A DNA stretch of 56,351 nt from Coraliomargaritaceae bacterium. Lineage in GTDB: Bacteria > Verrucomicrobiota > Verrucomicrobiia > Opitutales > Coraliomargaritaceae. A program made the position numbers and the translations under genes. This document shows, piece after piece, positions 55,959-56,351 of the stretch. Where the stretch lies: positions 2,521 to 58,871 of the forward strand of contig CBFHKU010000011.1 of NCBI GenBank assembly GCA_965656495.1. The letters run 5' to 3'. Each line of letters begins with the position of its first letter. Positions within the stretch are counted from its first letter, which is position 1. Under the pieces are notes generated by a model. It worked only from the letters and a program-made list of their open reading frames with translations, had not been told where the DNA came from and did not search any database.

Positions 55959-56332
55959 AAAGCGACAAGAGTGTCGCTTCTACGAAGTAGCATCACAGTG
56001 GAAGCGGCAATCCTGCCGCTTTTACGTACCGGTTACGCCCTGCTTCACGCCCTTGCTAGAAAAGCGACAGGAGTGTCGCTTCTACGACGCAGCATCACAG
56101 TGGAAGCGGCAATCCTGCCGCTTTTGCGACGCGGGCATCACCGTGGAAGCGGCAATCCTGCCGCTTTTACGTGCCGGTTACGCCCTGCTTCAAGCCTTGC
56201 TAGAAAAGCGACAGGAGTGTCGCTTTTACGACGCGGGCATCACCGTGGAAGCGGCAATCCTGCCGCTTTTGCGTACCGGTTACGCCCTGCTTCACGCCCT
56301 TGCTGGAAAAGCAACAAGCGTCTCGCTTCTAC
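55959..56332. repeat. REP/BIME array of GTAG-family palindromes
   Basis: Forward REP GTGGAAGCGGCAATCCTGCCGCTTTT at 55998, 56100, 56143 and 56245. Inverted REP AAAAGCGACAGGAGTGTCGCTTCTAC and variants at about 55959, 56060, 56204 and 56307. Linkers conserved, period about 102 bp. Confidence 0.9.
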
Positions 56333-56351
56333 GGAATACGGATCTTCGATG

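Noticed and set aside
55959..56332. Possible CRISPR array
   Set aside because: Intervening sequences are near-identical rather than unique spacers, repeats alternate in orientation, and there are no cas genes; the pattern fits REP/BIME.

Overview
Core-chromosome segment of a Verrucomicrobiota bacterium, probably class Opitutae. The taxonomic call is an inference from protein styles (long NadC N-terminus, short ATP synthase delta, OmcB-like DUF11 protein, Gnd insertion). Most of the window is housekeeping genes: partial rapA, purEK, prfA-prmC, gnd, dsbD, def, rsmG, metH, gmk-nadC-birA-coaX, atpBEFHAGDC, mnmE-mnmG, phoBR-like, trmB, recA, ogt, ahpC, miaB, ispH, pssA, dnaN, glnD and slyD. Three small toxin-antitoxin-like modules (DUF4258/DUF2283 and two vapBC) and an orphan RelE-fold gene are interspersed. 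A GTAG-type REP/BIME array lies at the right end. I see no rRNA, tRNA, CRISPR array, integrase or transposase. The most notable observations are: (1) a repeated promoter architecture implying pervasive leaderless mRNAs; (2) an IspH with an extra ~140-aa N-terminal domain that weakly resembles the Nudix/IDI fold; (3) a cysteine-poor, lipidated homolog of chlamydial OmcB; (4) TA islets bracketed by short duplications of the 5' end of the downstream gene, including a metH start relic; (5) a glnD-linked GAF-GAF NtrB-like kinase; (6) candidate SahR and PerR operators and a DnaA-box cluster before a dnaN that lacks an adjacent dnaA. No large, clearly novel multi-gene system is evident; these are leads.
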